Assembly (NCBI GenBank): GCA_032718475.1
Contig: JAUCBJ010007616.1
Span: forward strand, 1 to 64,000
DNA length: 64,000 bases
DNA from: Nemertoderma westbladi
Lineage: Eukaryota > Animalia > Xenacoelomorpha
Reading direction: 5' to 3'
Shown: piece after piece, positions 24,812 through 38,019 of the stretch
Numbering within the stretch: the first letter of the stretch is position 1
Layout of the letters: every line of letters begins with the position of its first letter
Position numbers and translations under genes: made by a program
Notes under the pieces: model-generated
Databases searched by the model: none
Told to the model about the DNA's origin: nothing
The model's input: only the letters and a program-made list of their open reading frames with translations

Positions 24812-25668
24812 TACACCCCACTGATCAGCGAAATGCTTGATAACTGATAACAGCCTCCTATATACTGGATCACTGGAAATAAGTCATCAGTTGACAAGCG
24901 TAACTGCCGAAGAAAACTTATATTTTTTACTCTAGCTTTAAGAACTTTTTTTATGCAATAATTAGTAAATGTAAACTTCAATAATGTATTTGGTGTTATA
25001 TTTTTCATGTTGGTTCTTTAGCGGTGGGTGGCAATAGACATTGAGGATGGGGGACTTGTCCATGAGGCAATTGTCCAATCCTATTTCTAACCTTAAGAAG
25101 AGGAGTTAACCGCAAACACCAACTGTGTTTAGTGAGTTTAAAAAAGTTATTAACTTAATTAATTAAAACATTAAAGTAAAAAGCAGGTTACTGATGGTGA
25201 TTACAACTGGGAGTGTATCATCTGATATATAAAGTTATACTTTGTAAATTTTTCTGATTCTTTCTTTACAAACTAAATTCGTCTGGGTTTTTGTTATATA
25301 AAGTAAAGCCGAGATAATGTTTGCCCTCCATTAATAAAATTCCTATTTTTTCGTTTGTTTCTTTTATTTGCTAAATGTCTCGACATTAGGTTCCTTCCCT
25401 TTTTTAGTTTTTAATCCGTTCAATAGCTCTTATCAGCAACAACTCTTTACTGCATCTACATTAAGTAAATTGGGCGTCAAAGATAAGGGATTTTTTTAAA
25501 ATAATATAAGGTTGAGTTGGGCGTGGTCATGGTCAAACCAGTCTATATCAAACGAGACTTAGTTCCTTAACTCAGTGCGCAGGGCAAATAAGGGACAAAT
25601 TTATCCAAGATTGGTGGCTGTCCATTGCCTTATTACCTTAAGGGAGAACTTTATATCAAAACAGAATT

Positions 25669-25791
25669 CGGTACGGAATAATACCTAAACGAACTTTCAA
25701 ATGAACCACACGGTACGGAATAATACCTAAACGAACTTTCAAATGAACCACACGGTACGGAATAATACCTAAACGAACTTTCAAATGAACC
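25669..25791. repeat. 42-bp tandem repeat, 3 copies
   Basis: cggtacggaataatacctaaacgaactttcaaatgaaccaca repeated. Confidence 0.9.
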
Positions 25792-25864
25792 AACATGAGA
25801 ATGGCTCTAACCCACCTTCTACGATGTACTTCGCACTACTGTCTGGAAATTGAAGTTGGTCGAC

Positions 25865-27942
25865 GGTCTCGTAAACCACGCCATTAACGTATATGTAGAA
25901 AGTTTTACTTTGGTCTGGTCTCGTAAACCACGCCATTAACGTATATGTAGAATGTGTAACTTTGGTCTGGTCTCGTAAACCACGCCATTAACGTATATGC
26001 AGAATGTGTAACTTTGGTCTGGTCTCGTAAACCACGCCATTAACGTATATGCAGAATGTGTAACTTTGGTCTGGTCTCGTAAACCACGCCATTAACGTAT
26101 ATGTAGAATGTGTAACTTTGGTCTGGTCTCGTAAACCACGCCATTAACGTATATGCAGAATGTGTAACTTTGGTCTGGTCTCGTAAACCACGCCATTAAC
26201 GTATATGTAGAATGTGTAACTTTGGTCTGGTCTCGTAAACCACGCCATGAACGTATATGCAGAATGTGTAACTTTGGTCTGGTCTCGTAAACCACGCCAT
26301 GAACGTATATGCAGAATGTGTAACTTTGGTCTGGTCTCGTAAACCACGCCATTAACGTATATGCAGAATGTGTAACTTTGGTCTGGTCTCGTAAACCACG
26401 CCATGAACGTATATGCAGAATGTGTAACTTGGTCTGGTCTCGTAAACCACGCCATTAACGTATATGCAGAATGTGTAACTTTGGTCTGGTCTCGTAAACC
26501 ACGCCATGAACGTATATGCAGAATGTGTAACTTTGGTCTGGTCTCGTAAACCACGCCATGAACGTATATGCAGAATGTGTAACTTTGGTCTGGTCTCGTA
26601 AACCACGCCATTAACGTATATGCAGAATGTGTAACTTTGGTCTGGTCTCGTAAACCACGCCATGAACGTATATGCAGAATGTGTAACTTTGGTCTGGTCT
26701 CGTAAACCACGCCATTAACGTATATGTAGAATGTGTAACTTTGGTCTGGTCTCGTAAACCACGCCATTAACGTATATGTAGAAAGTTTTACTTTGGTCTG
26801 GTCTCGTAAACCACGCCATTAAAGTATATGTAGAATGTGTAACTTTGGTCTGGTCTCGTAAACCACGCCATTAACGTATATGCAGAATGTGTAACTTTGG
26901 TCTGGTCTCGTAAACCACGCCATTAACGTATATGTAGAAAGTTTTACTTTGGTCTGGTCTCGTAAACCACGCCATTAACGTATATGTAGAAAGTTTTACT
27001 TTGGTCTGGTCTCGTAAACCACGCCATTAACGTATATGTAGAATGTGTAACTTTGGTCTGGTCTCGTAAACCACGCCATTAACGTATATGCAGAATGTGT
27101 AACTTTGGTCTGGTCTCATAAACCACGCTATTAACGTATATGTAGAAAGTTTTACTTTGGTCTGGTCTCGTAAACCACGCCATTAACGTATATGTAGAAT
27201 GTGTAACTTTGGTCTGGTCTCGTAAACCACGCCATTAACGTATATGTAGAATGTGTAACTTTGGTCTGGTCTCGTAAACCACGCCATTAACGTATATGTA
27301 GAAAGTTTTACTTTGGTCTGGTCTCGTAAACCACGCCATTAACGTATATGTAGAATGTGTAACTTTGGTCTGGTCTCGTAAACCACGCCATTAACGTATA
27401 TGCAGAATGTGTAACTTTGGTCTGGTCTCGTAAACCACGCCATTAACGTATATGTAGAATGTGTAACTTTGGTCTGGTCTCGTAAACCACGCCATTAACG
27501 TATATGCAGAATGTGTAACTTTGGTCTGGTCTCGTAAACCACGCCATTAACGTATATGTAGAAAGTTTTACTTTGGTCTGGTCTCGTAAACCACGCCATT
27601 AACGTATATGTAGAAAGTTTTACTTTGGTCTGGTCTCGTAAACCACGCCATTAACGTATATGTAGAAAGTTTTACTTTGGTCTGGTCTCGTAAACCACGC
27701 CATTAACGTATATGTAGAAAGTTTTACTTTGGTCTGGTCTCGTAAACCACGCCATTAACGTATATGTAGAAAGTTTTACTTTGGTCTGGTCTCGTAAACC
27801 ACGCCATTAACGTATATGCAGAATGTGTAACTTTGGTCTGGTCTCGTAAACCACGCCATTAACGTATATGCAGAATGTGTAACTTTGGTCTGGTCTCGTA
27901 AACCACGCCATTAACGTAAGAAAGTTTTACTTTGGTCTGGTC
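25865..27942. repeat. 52-bp satellite (~40 copies)
   Basis: unit ggtctggtctcgtaaaccacgccattaacgtatatg(c/t)agaatgtgtaacttt; no unique spacers. Confidence 0.98.
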
Positions 27943-30104
27943 GAAAGCGAGTTTCACTTCATTTTGGTATGCCCTTTATTTATAGACTCTCACTTCCACA
28001 GATATCCCTCAATATTGATACAGTATACAGTCAATTATTATCATCAATTTGAGGTCGGGACGGCAAAAACTTAGCAATATATATATTTATAAAGTGTTAA
28101 AATTACGAGCAGCTACAATCCAAACCACTTAAATATGTCTTTATTAATAATTGTGCTTATATTTAATTTTTATGTGAATTCCATTAATATGTATTGTTGT
28201 GCATCATTCAGATTATGGTCTCCAGAGTCTCTGTTCCAGTATCCTTATTATGTGTTAACACTTTGCGTACCAAAGATAAATTACATAAATTTTTACTTCC
28301 AAGGACCAAGAAAAATAATATTTGATCGGACCAAGAAAAATAATATTTGATCGGACCAAGAAAAATAATATTTGATCGGGCCAAGGTTTATTTTCTTGTC
28401 GTACCAGAGATTTGTATATAAAGAGTTATTATCGTATAAATCATATTATTACTTATACTTATCCTACCCTCAAAAGCTGCACACTGCCGCTTTTAACCAT
28501 TTTCGAAATTTTTTTAAATCTTTCATTTGAACCCCATGGGCGGCATACTGCCGCCTTAATCATTTGTAACAAAATTATTGGCTAAATTGAAAGTAAATTA
28601 TTGCATAAACTATGTAATTTAAAATACTCTCAAACCAATAGGAATCCCTTCAAGCAATATTAAATTAACTTTTCTAGACCAGTTTTTCCTGCCCAACAAG
28701 AAAATGAACACCATTCTTACGCCCCAATAGTTATAAGAAAGTCAAGGAAAGAAAGATAAGCCTGGGGGTCAGGATAATATACAGTATGTAAAAGCGGCAC
28801 ATGGTCCTGAATTATTTAGAATGAATTTCATTGTAAATAAGTCAGGACCATGCTCATAAAGGCGGGAGTGTGCCGCCTTTATATAATTATAACCTAACCC
28901 CCAGGTCGGCAGAATGCCGCCTTTATATATATCATCCTGACCCCCAGGGCGGCAGGGTGCCACTGGAATATTCATATCTTGATGTGTATAATTAAATTTT
29001 ACAGTAAAGAATCAATTGAGCAACTTATTGGGAAAGTGATTTATTGGGAAAGTGACCCAATTTTAGTTTTAAATGAATTTTTATTGGGCAAATGACTCAT
29101 CTGATTTTTATTGGGCAAGTGACTCATTGGGGAAGTGGCATATTGGGAAAGTGACTGCACCCCTAAAATTGACATTGGAAATTAAATTACTGACTTCGAA
29201 AACCACCAAAATGAAAATCATAGCTCTGTGGTGTTCTTCAGCTTCATGCCAGACATTATTAACCAACCAGACCCCAGACAGACAGTTTTGAGCGGGACGA
29301 TTTAAAATTTGAAAACAATTTTCTCGGAAAGAGATTTTTACTCCTCTGCCAATTCTTAACCCGTTTTTTGTAATTTTAGATCCATGTGATACGTAATTCC
29401 ATAAGCTGCGATAAATTTAGGGCAGTTTTTTTTATTTCATAATATTTCCCCGTCCCCACGTTTTTTGAACTGACAAACTTGCGGTGCTTTGTCATTGACA
29501 TTTGTTTCTGCATTGTATCGAATGTACATACAGGTTGTACAATGCAAAAACACCGTAAGTACAAAAAATAATCCTGAAGTCAAAATATTAATGGAAAGTG
29601 AAAAATAATCAAGTAGAAAAATTTCCCACCCCCAATTGTGTAGGGTTATAAACAATTAGTAATTTACTGACATTTTAAACCAACCATCTGAAGGAAAACA
29701 GTAAGTTGCGTTTTACTCAAAATGACTGTTTGTGAATTGCGGTCTTTTCACATTGCACGGCAGTCTGTAGTAGACCTAAAATTGTCGTGATGATAACTGC
29801 CCGCCCTGCTCAACTTCATAACACTGGTTCTATAGAGGTAAATCAAATTGTTGTCGCCAAATAATGAAAATCTGGTGATTATCTATTATTCTGTTGGTGT
29901 AGAAGGATAACTCCCACAGGTTTAGATAGGCCTACTGCTTCCTTCTGAAAAAAGTAACCGCACGCAATTGAAATTTTTTAAGGCCCCCCCCCCCCTCTGA
30001 ACACTTTTTTAAATGTCTACAATTTCTACTGAAATTAAAATATTTTGAAAATATTTTGATTTTATACAGTATGGACTGTTAAAAAATGGCTACACATTTG
30101 TTTT

Positions 30105-31295
30105 TGTTTGGCTGGGTTGTTTACCCAGATGAGATACGCAACTACCCATACCCGCAGCTATTGTTTGGTCGGGTTGTTTACCCAGATGAGATACGCAACT
30201 CCCCGTACCAGCTGCTATTGTTTGGTCGGGTTGTTTACCCAGATGAGATACGCAACTCCCCGTACCCGCAGCTATTGTTTGGTCGGGTTGTTTACCCAGA
30301 TGAGATACGCAACTCCCCGTACCAGCTGCTATTGTTTAGCCGGGTTGTTTACCCAGATGAGATACGCAACTCCCCGTACCCGCAGCTATTGTTTGGTCGG
30401 GTTGTTTACCCAGATGAGATACGCAACTACCCGTACCAGCTGCTATTGTTTGGCCGGGTTGTTTACCCAGATGAGATACGCAACTCCCCGTACCCGCAGC
30501 TATTGTTTGGTCGGTTTGTTTACCCAGATGAGATACGCAACTCCCCGTACCAGCTGCTATTGTTTGGCCGGGTTGTTTACCCAGATGAGATACGCAACTC
30601 CCCGTACCAGCTGCTATTGTTTGGTCGGGTTGTTTACCCAGATGAGATACGCAACTCCCCGTACCAGCTGCTATTGTTTGGTCGGGTTGTTTACCCAGAT
30701 GAGATACGCAACTCCCCGTACCAGCTGCTATTGTTTGGCCGGGTTGTTTACCCAAATGAGATACGCAACTCCCCGTACCAGCTGCTATTGTTTGGCCGGG
30801 TTGTTTACCCAGATGAGTGGCCGGGTTGTTTACCCAGATGAGATACACAACTCCCCGTACCAGCTGCTATTGTTTGGCCAGGTTGTTTACCCAGATGAGA
30901 TACGCAACTCCCCGTACCAGCTGCTATTGTTTGGCCGGGTTGTTTACCCAGATGAGATACGCAACTCCCCGTACCAGCTGCTATTGTTTGGCCGGGTTGT
31001 TTACCCAGATGAGATACGCAACTCCCCGTACCCGCAGCTATTGTTTGGTCGGGTTGTTTACCCAGATGAGATACGCAACTCCCCGTACCAGCTGCTATTG
31101 TTTGGCCGGGTTGTTTACCCAGATGAGATACGCAACTCCCCGTACCAGCTGCTATTGTTTGGTCGGGTTGTTTACCCAGATGAGATACGCAACTCCCCGG
31201 ACCCGCAGCTATTGTTTGGTCGGGTTGTTTACCCAGATGAGATACGCAACTCCCCGTACCCGCAGCTATTGTTTGGCCGGGTTGTTTACCCAGAT
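30105..31295. repeat. 57-bp satellite (~21 copies)
   Basis: unit gggttgtttacccagatgagatacgcaactccccgtaccagctgctattgtttgg(c/t)c; one truncated unit at ~30815. Confidence 0.98.
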
Positions 31296-31642
31296 TGCGC
31301 TGTAATGTGGATCGTCCGTTTTATTATTGCACCTGCTATGCATCTTTCTGAAAGCATTTGTATTTATCTACGCGAGTCTTTCATGTCGGGACAAAAAGTA
31401 CAATTTTATATTCTGAAACTTCACCCGTAAAGCGGGATATAGAGTAAATTTCCAGGATAAATAAATTATTAATTAGACATCAATGTCTTACTGAAAATAA
31501 ATGTATAGTTTATAGATTGGAAACATTGTTATTTTTAAAGAAATATTATAAAGATATAAATAAGAAATATCTATAAGTGCTAATGTATATTAATTGTTAT
31601 GCCCTGTATAAAAAATCACTATTATTGCTTGGCGAAGATACA

Positions 31643-32971
31643 CTAAAAGCCGTACTTAGATTGGGTTTCTTTCTTAGACAGTCTACTAGAGGCCCAGGAA
31701 TTCTGTAACTCTAATTCTTTCTCTTTTGCCTGGAAGGCCAGGTAATTAATCTGGTGTTTATTCTTCTGCAGTCTGGAAGGTCCCTCACCCTTCTTGGGTT
31801 TCCCCTTCCAGGAAGTCTCCTGGGACTGTAGTTTAGTTAACTGAATCTCCGTACCCATCTTCTGATCCTCCTGGAACACGTCGATAAAATTAACTTCTTC
31901 ACGGCGTTTAGACTTTCCCTGCAATCTTTGGAATTCTTTGCTGTCGATAATGGAGTCTGCTTGTGTCGTCCCGGTTGTGTCGGTAGTGTATCCCGCACCG
32001 GCGGTGTGCTGAGTGGGGGGTCCGCTGGTGGCTGGCGTCCCTTGAACCTCGGCAAGTGTAGAAGATTCCAGTTCATATGAATTCGGCTTAATAGATATTT
32101 CATTACTATTTACTTTATCTTCTCTGCTGTTCGAATAGCCGTTACTTACCGACAGATCGGTGGTTCTCCCAGTACCGGATATAACTGCGGTGGTATTTCT
32201 GCACAATCCGAGTAGATCTCTGTTACAAGGGGAGGAAACCTCTACAGTAGATTCCGACTCCATTGAGGTTTCTGAGGAGATCGGTTTTACTTCGTCTTCA
32301 TATTCGATCTCCGAGTCAAAGTTTACAGAATAATCATCTACCAGTGTGGAAGTTGAATCGGAAGCTTTAATAATTGGTGGAACCTGAACGTCTCGACGAA
32401 TTTCAGTTTGTTCTGACTTTGTGAGTTTCGCCTTTCGGCTAACCGCGTGGGGAATAAAAGCGACTCGTTTTAGTCCGTCGACGACTGAGGATTTGGGACG
32501 CGGGAGCACGGAGAACAACCCGGAACAACCGGGTTGTTTAGCGGCGGTCGCGATATCCCGTCGGATAACGCCGCTCGCGACATCCGGACGAACGGCGTCA
32601 CTCTTGTTATGATCCTCCTCGTCGGAATCGAGTTCCGGAACGCTAGACTCCATCAGAGAAACCATCCGTTGTCGCTCTACATCGCGTTTCGTAAGATTGC
32701 CATTGGCAACTTCCGTCTGTTTTTGAGATATTTTAATATCTACATTTAGGAACCCGCTAATAACGTCAAGGTTAGGCCTACATAGCCTAGACTCTGATTC
32801 ACTTTTATCGATATTGATTATAGGGTGTGCAACGCCAGTCTGAGTCTCACAGATATCCGGTCTACAAGAGGTGGCGTCTACGGTTGAGGTGAGGATGACA
32901 TCTTTGAAACTTTGGACATCTTCAGAACTGTCGCTGTCGCTGTTCTCATATTCATAAGCCACAAGAGACAT
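31643..32971 (-). CDS. PRCC: Proline-rich protein PRCC homolog, single coding exon
   Basis: N-terminal MSLVAYE..SDSD, GLFSVLPRPK, FIPHAVSRK, C-terminal KHQINYLAFQAKEKELELQNSWA..RLSKKETQSKYGF. Confidence 0.92.
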   Translation of the reverse strand: MSLVAYEYENSDSDSSEDVQSFKDVILTSTVDATSCRPDICETQTGVAHPIINIDKSESESRLCRPNLDVISGFLNVDIKISQKQTEVANGNLTKRDVERQRMVSLMESSVPELDSDEEDHNKSDAVRPDVASGVIRRDIATAAKQPGCSGLFSVLPRPKSSVVDGLKRVAFIPHAVSRKAKLTKSEQTEIRRDVQVPPIIKASDSTSTLVDDYSVNFDSEIEYEDEVKPISSETSMESESTVEVSSPCNRDLLGLCRNTTAVISGTGRTTDLSVSNGYSNSREDKVNSNEISIKPNSYELESSTLAEVQGTPATSGPPTQHTAGAGYTTDTTGTTQADSIIDSKEFQRLQGKSKRREEVNFIDVFQEDQKMGTEIQLTKLQSQETSWKGKPKKGEGPSRLQKNKHQINYLAFQAKEKELELQNSWASSRLSKKETQSKYGF

Positions 32972-33148
32972 TTTTCAGATTTTCACGACACTGCTACAGT
33001 GCTAGATCTGTAGATTGCAGTGCAACAGTGGAATAAGATACACAGCACAGCAGTACCGGTACCTATGTTATAATGACTGAATGATGAAGAGGTCTGGAGG
33101 TGTGCCAGGAAGTTGAGGAACAAATTAAAATAAAATAAAAAGTAATGT

Positions 33149-33738
33149 GGGGGCCGTCAAAGTATGACGTCTGCACTTTTCCCCAAAATGTTGACCCCCT
33201 CCCTCCCCTAAATCAGATGTCATCAGATAGGCATTGACCCCCCCCCCCTTCCCCTAAATCAGATTAAAAAAAATTTCGCGTCCTAATCACTGAAACATGA
33301 GTTATACTGTTATAGTTCATATCCGTACCAATGGTATTTCCGTATTGCAAAAATAAGACTATAAGTATGAAATACCCTATGTTATTGAGATAATGTTTAT
33401 TGTTTTGGTTAGAAAAGCCCACCACTGTAACCTGCTCCTTTCCGTTAATTACGTACTGGAGATTAGTTTATTGTTTTGGTTAGAAAACACCACCACTGTA
33501 ACACCATCGGTACACATATGAACGATAACCGAAACATGGTGACTGGTAACTGAAACAGAAGGTCGTGCTACGGGCCCTTCGAACAATTAAAATAGGCAAG
33601 CTATTTACTCTTCTGCTACTGTATATCTCTTCTAGCACCTATAAATCAACATGCTGATGTCAGATTTTGGCTGACCCCCTCCCCTCCCCTCATCAGCACG
33701 TCATCAGATTTTCCCAACCCCCCCCCCCCCCCCCTTAA
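33149..33738. mobile_element. Probable MITE just upstream of PRCC
   Basis: ggggccgtcaaagtatgacgtc start; repeated tgacccccctcccc/catcagat motifs at both ends; TIR imperfect. Confidence 0.4.
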
Positions 33739-36700
33739 GAGGGAGTTGGAAGGTTTTTAGGGCAGAAATATCTGAAGGTGTAGGCTACGCGTAGCCAGGT
33801 GTAGCCGTGGAATGCAGTTTCGCGTAGGTAAATTTTTGCGTAGGTAACCAAAAAATGAATGGAACAAGAGCCTTTATAAAAGAGATGTAAATTCAAACAG
33901 ATCAATATACAGATATATGAAGTTGTTTTGGTATCATCTGGCCACGAGCTACCGATGCAATACAGGGCCAAAACGACATTCATGGAGTATAGAGAATCAT
34001 CGATATATACAGTATAATACAAAGTTGTACCGACCCATACATTCCCAGCTTCCCGCCGGCCCATACCGCGCTATTACCAACCTACAGTATAAATTCGTTA
34101 CTGAATTGTGCAGTATGACTCAACTAGTAAAGATTCTTACTTTGTAGTGCAATTATTAATTGTTGCCCGTGTGTGCCTGCGGGTAATATATTCTTCTTGT
34201 TATTTCATTTTATAAGTTAAAGATATATTGTACTTTTGTATATAGTTAGGTAGGTAGTTTATATTAATTTAGTTAGTGTGCTTCATTGTGCTATATTGCA
34301 TTAACTCAAGCTTTTTAATAATTTAGAATAGTATTTACTTTTTAGGAAATTTAAATTTAATTCTAGAACTATACTGTGAATGCAATTGAATTTATGTATA
34401 ATAAGTTTACATATTGAACACATAAACATTGTCAATTAAATAAAACTGCAAAGTGAGATAAAGATTAATAAAAGAGTGTTTTTTTTTACATTTATTATTA
34501 TTTAAAGCTTTGCCAGGCCCCTCAGAAAGCCGAGAAAGACCAGATCCCTGGGTTGCGCGAACCGTGCTCCTTGTACATGGAAGCAGTACTCACATCGTAT
34601 CGTGATGGATATTGGACAATCCTTTATCCCTTTCAGTACCAAGCTTTTTCCAAAACCGTAATTGATGCGCCAATAGAAATTTGATCGTTATTTAAGAAAA
34701 ATGTAAGTCCTATGTAAAAATGAAAGTCAAAGTTGTAGTATATATCATATACTTAGTCCAATGAGGAAATAAAAGTACCAATTTCATTTATAACTAATGT
34801 AGGCCTATTTATAACGAAACTGTCTCTTTGTAGAGGTACCGGTAAGTGGTACTGTAGGCCTATAGTATTTGGTGTAGGAAAGAGGGACCTTCAATAATGT
34901 GGGACCATTTATCTCTAATTTCTATAGTAGTATTTATTTGGCAGTAGTGTTTATTTAGTAACAGATGCAAAATTTGATTTGGTGATAAGTAATGATGAAT
35001 GACCAACTAACCAAAACATTTAGAAATTCCAAAAGGAACTTTCCATTGACTTAGGAAGGTTTACTCAATCTATAACCAAAACACTAAACAGCCATTATAA
35101 GTGAAATAAGTTCTGAATGTGACGGTAACTTTCAGCTAGCCAGACCTCCCTAATTGATAAAGTGCAGAAATGGTTAAAAAAACCGTCATCAACAAAAATA
35201 ACCACCTAGTTTCAGTCCATGTCGCTTTTGCCACTAAATATAACCAAAACACTAAAACCAAACCATCTAAAATCAAATAAGTTCTGAATGTTATGGTACC
35301 ATAAAAGCGAGTCAGACATCTCTATTTGATAATTGTGTTGAAGTGGTTTTAAAACGTATGTACAACGTACAGTACCAATCCTATATAATATGCAGAAATG
35401 CACTACTGTATATTGGCTACAATTTGGTGGATGCAGTGTGTAATTGTCAGGCAGTCTGATAGGTCCCAACCATGGTTTAGGTTTTTGAAATTTTTTTATA
35501 GTTTTTCTTATAAATTTGATTAAATTCCAGATAAATTTGAATGTTGCCACTTATGCGCCACTGGCAACTAATCACCCATAGATATATATTGAATCTATGG
35601 CTCATACATGCGAGCCAAGGCGCCTATTGACGTGGAGGAACGCATGGTTGAGCCATGGTACTGAAAGTTAATGCAGCTAAATAGTTGTGCGTGCAATAGT
35701 GTAATGAAACAAATTATTTGAGAAAAACCCAAAATTTTACATTTCCATATTGAAATCATCTAAAATAATATTTAAATACGAATATTAAAATTCAGATATT
35801 GAAATAACATTCAGAATATATTGGAACAGCAATGTTTATTATTTAACACATTTAATCGCAACATACAGGTATTTTGAATGATATTCTAATACTATATTCC
35901 ATACTATTAATATTATAATGTATTTCCAATCATATCGAAATATTTAAATCAGACTATTTTCATTGGAAATGTATTTGCATTGGGAATGAATCATAGCATT
36001 GTTATAACAATGATACGAAAAGGTTATTCTAACGTTGTTTTTCGAATGTTGGCAGGTCATAGAGTTGGCAGCTTATGACTTTTTTGAGCCAAAATACATT
36101 AAATCTGACACTAATACAGTCAGTCGATTGTTTTTCCAGACTTTCTATACCTTCAGAAATTCAACAACCCCCGGTGACGCGCTTTCCCATTTTTTCAATT
36201 TCTGAACAAAACTATAATATTACATAATCAGAAATTTAGAAAGTTTCATGGATGGCTTTTACAACTACAACGCTTTAATTATTCAATTAATAGTTAATAT
36301 CATTAATTATTTTGAAATAATTACTTTCAGAACTAATAATAGCTTATATGTGAGTCGAATTGTGTGCCTTAACAGCAAAATGTAGTTCATTTTATATCTC
36401 CATTAACTTTCTTATACTTAGAAAGATATAGGGAAAGTGACAATATAGCGAGTTGTGAGGTTCGATGCGGGGTTTTATGTTTACTGTATGTTCTACATTT
36501 TAAGCATTTTGAATCTACACCTCCACCCCCGCGCCACCATGACATGGGTGAAGTGATGCGGTCTTGAACCTGTCTGTACCTCTGCATAACTAAAACATAA
36601 AAGTAGAAGCAGCAGTTGCAGCAGTTAACAAATTTTACACGTTCATGGGGCCATCACGCAGGACAAGTGTCAGTTAGTAGATACAGTTTAAAATTGAGCA

Positions 36701-38019
36701 ATTCTATCCCATAATCAGTACTTAAGAAATTTAAATAAATAATTAAGAAAATTTAACCAAACTTTCACTTAAAAAAAACTTTCGCATTGGCAGCTTGGCA
36801 TCGATGACATAAAAAAAAACTTTCGCATTGGCAGCTTGGCATCGATGTCATAGAAGTCCACAGTCAAACTACTCAAAAAACCGGGTTACCAATGACACTG
36901 CGACAGACAGAGGTGGTGGCCTTGATGGCGAGTTGTTTGAGTACTGGTACAATGCCAAAACGTTGCTGGATATTGCAGTATTGGGCTGTTGGTGTACCCA
37001 GTGCAGTGGTGGATACCGGCACATGGAATACAGGTCAGCTGGTACAACCTGACAATAAGTCAGTCTGTCTTAAGTCCGCATAATTTAAAAACTTCCATGG
37101 CTGCATGGTTGCCGTTGCTGAGCCGATTGGTGGGTGGCACCAACGACCTGAAGACGGTACTGGTAACTCTGTACCATTGTAACAGTACCGGTACTGTACT
37201 GTAAAACATATGTTTAATAAGATTAAGGTACCATACCAGTACATGATACGGCTGAATAGTCGTGATATCGCAATTCAGATACCACTCAGGCAATTGCAGG
37301 ACTCCCTACCCTACTACATGTACCAATACTCAGATAATGCAGTAGCATTACCACAATGACAGACTGAAAACCAGCCTAGAAAACTAGGCCTACCACATGT
37401 AGCAACATCAGTGAGCAGTACCGGTACTGAGTACAGGCATCTCATGGTACCAGTGTCATACTCTGAACTCTGCTGAAAATGCTGGAATGGCTGAAAGTGA
37501 AATAGGCCTCTACCACACTTCCCAAGGCCACATAATTGCTGCATTGTACCAGTATGGCTGAATTTCAAACCCACCTGATATATCCTGCAGTCTCCTAGCA
37601 ACCAACTGATGCCAAGCCTAATAATTTTTGTATAGATAAATTTATTATAACTGCAAGACTACACAGATGCAGCACGAAGACCCCATGCAAATTCAGCTTG
37701 GAAAATTTCTAAACTTTGGCCAAACTACATGTGTACCAAGTTTGATTAAATTTCATTAACATTTGGCTGAGTTATTAACGTTTAAAATTGGACACAACAG
37801 AACAACAGATCAACAGACTCAGACCAAAAAATCAGATCAAAAAATTGAACACTGAATGAAAATGAATGCTGTATCTGTAATCTAACATCTGTAATACCCT
37901 GCTAGCTGTTCTGCCATAAATTTGACATTTTTTGGCCTACTACATCTTCCACTACAAGCAGATAACTCTGTAGCGGTTGGATAGATTACAATAGACCAAC
38001 TTTCAACCCCATCTCACAC

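Noticed and set aside
25865-27942. CRISPR-like regular array and its ORFs
   Set aside because: Head-to-tail units with no unique spacers, no cas genes and eukaryotic context; the ORFs are repeat artefacts
34503-34680. GC-richer patch that might be a terminal exon on the minus strand
   Set aside because: No recognisable protein motif or confident splice sites
36828-37601. Cluster of short overlapping ORFs
   Set aside because: Interior of a repeat element with no domain-like content
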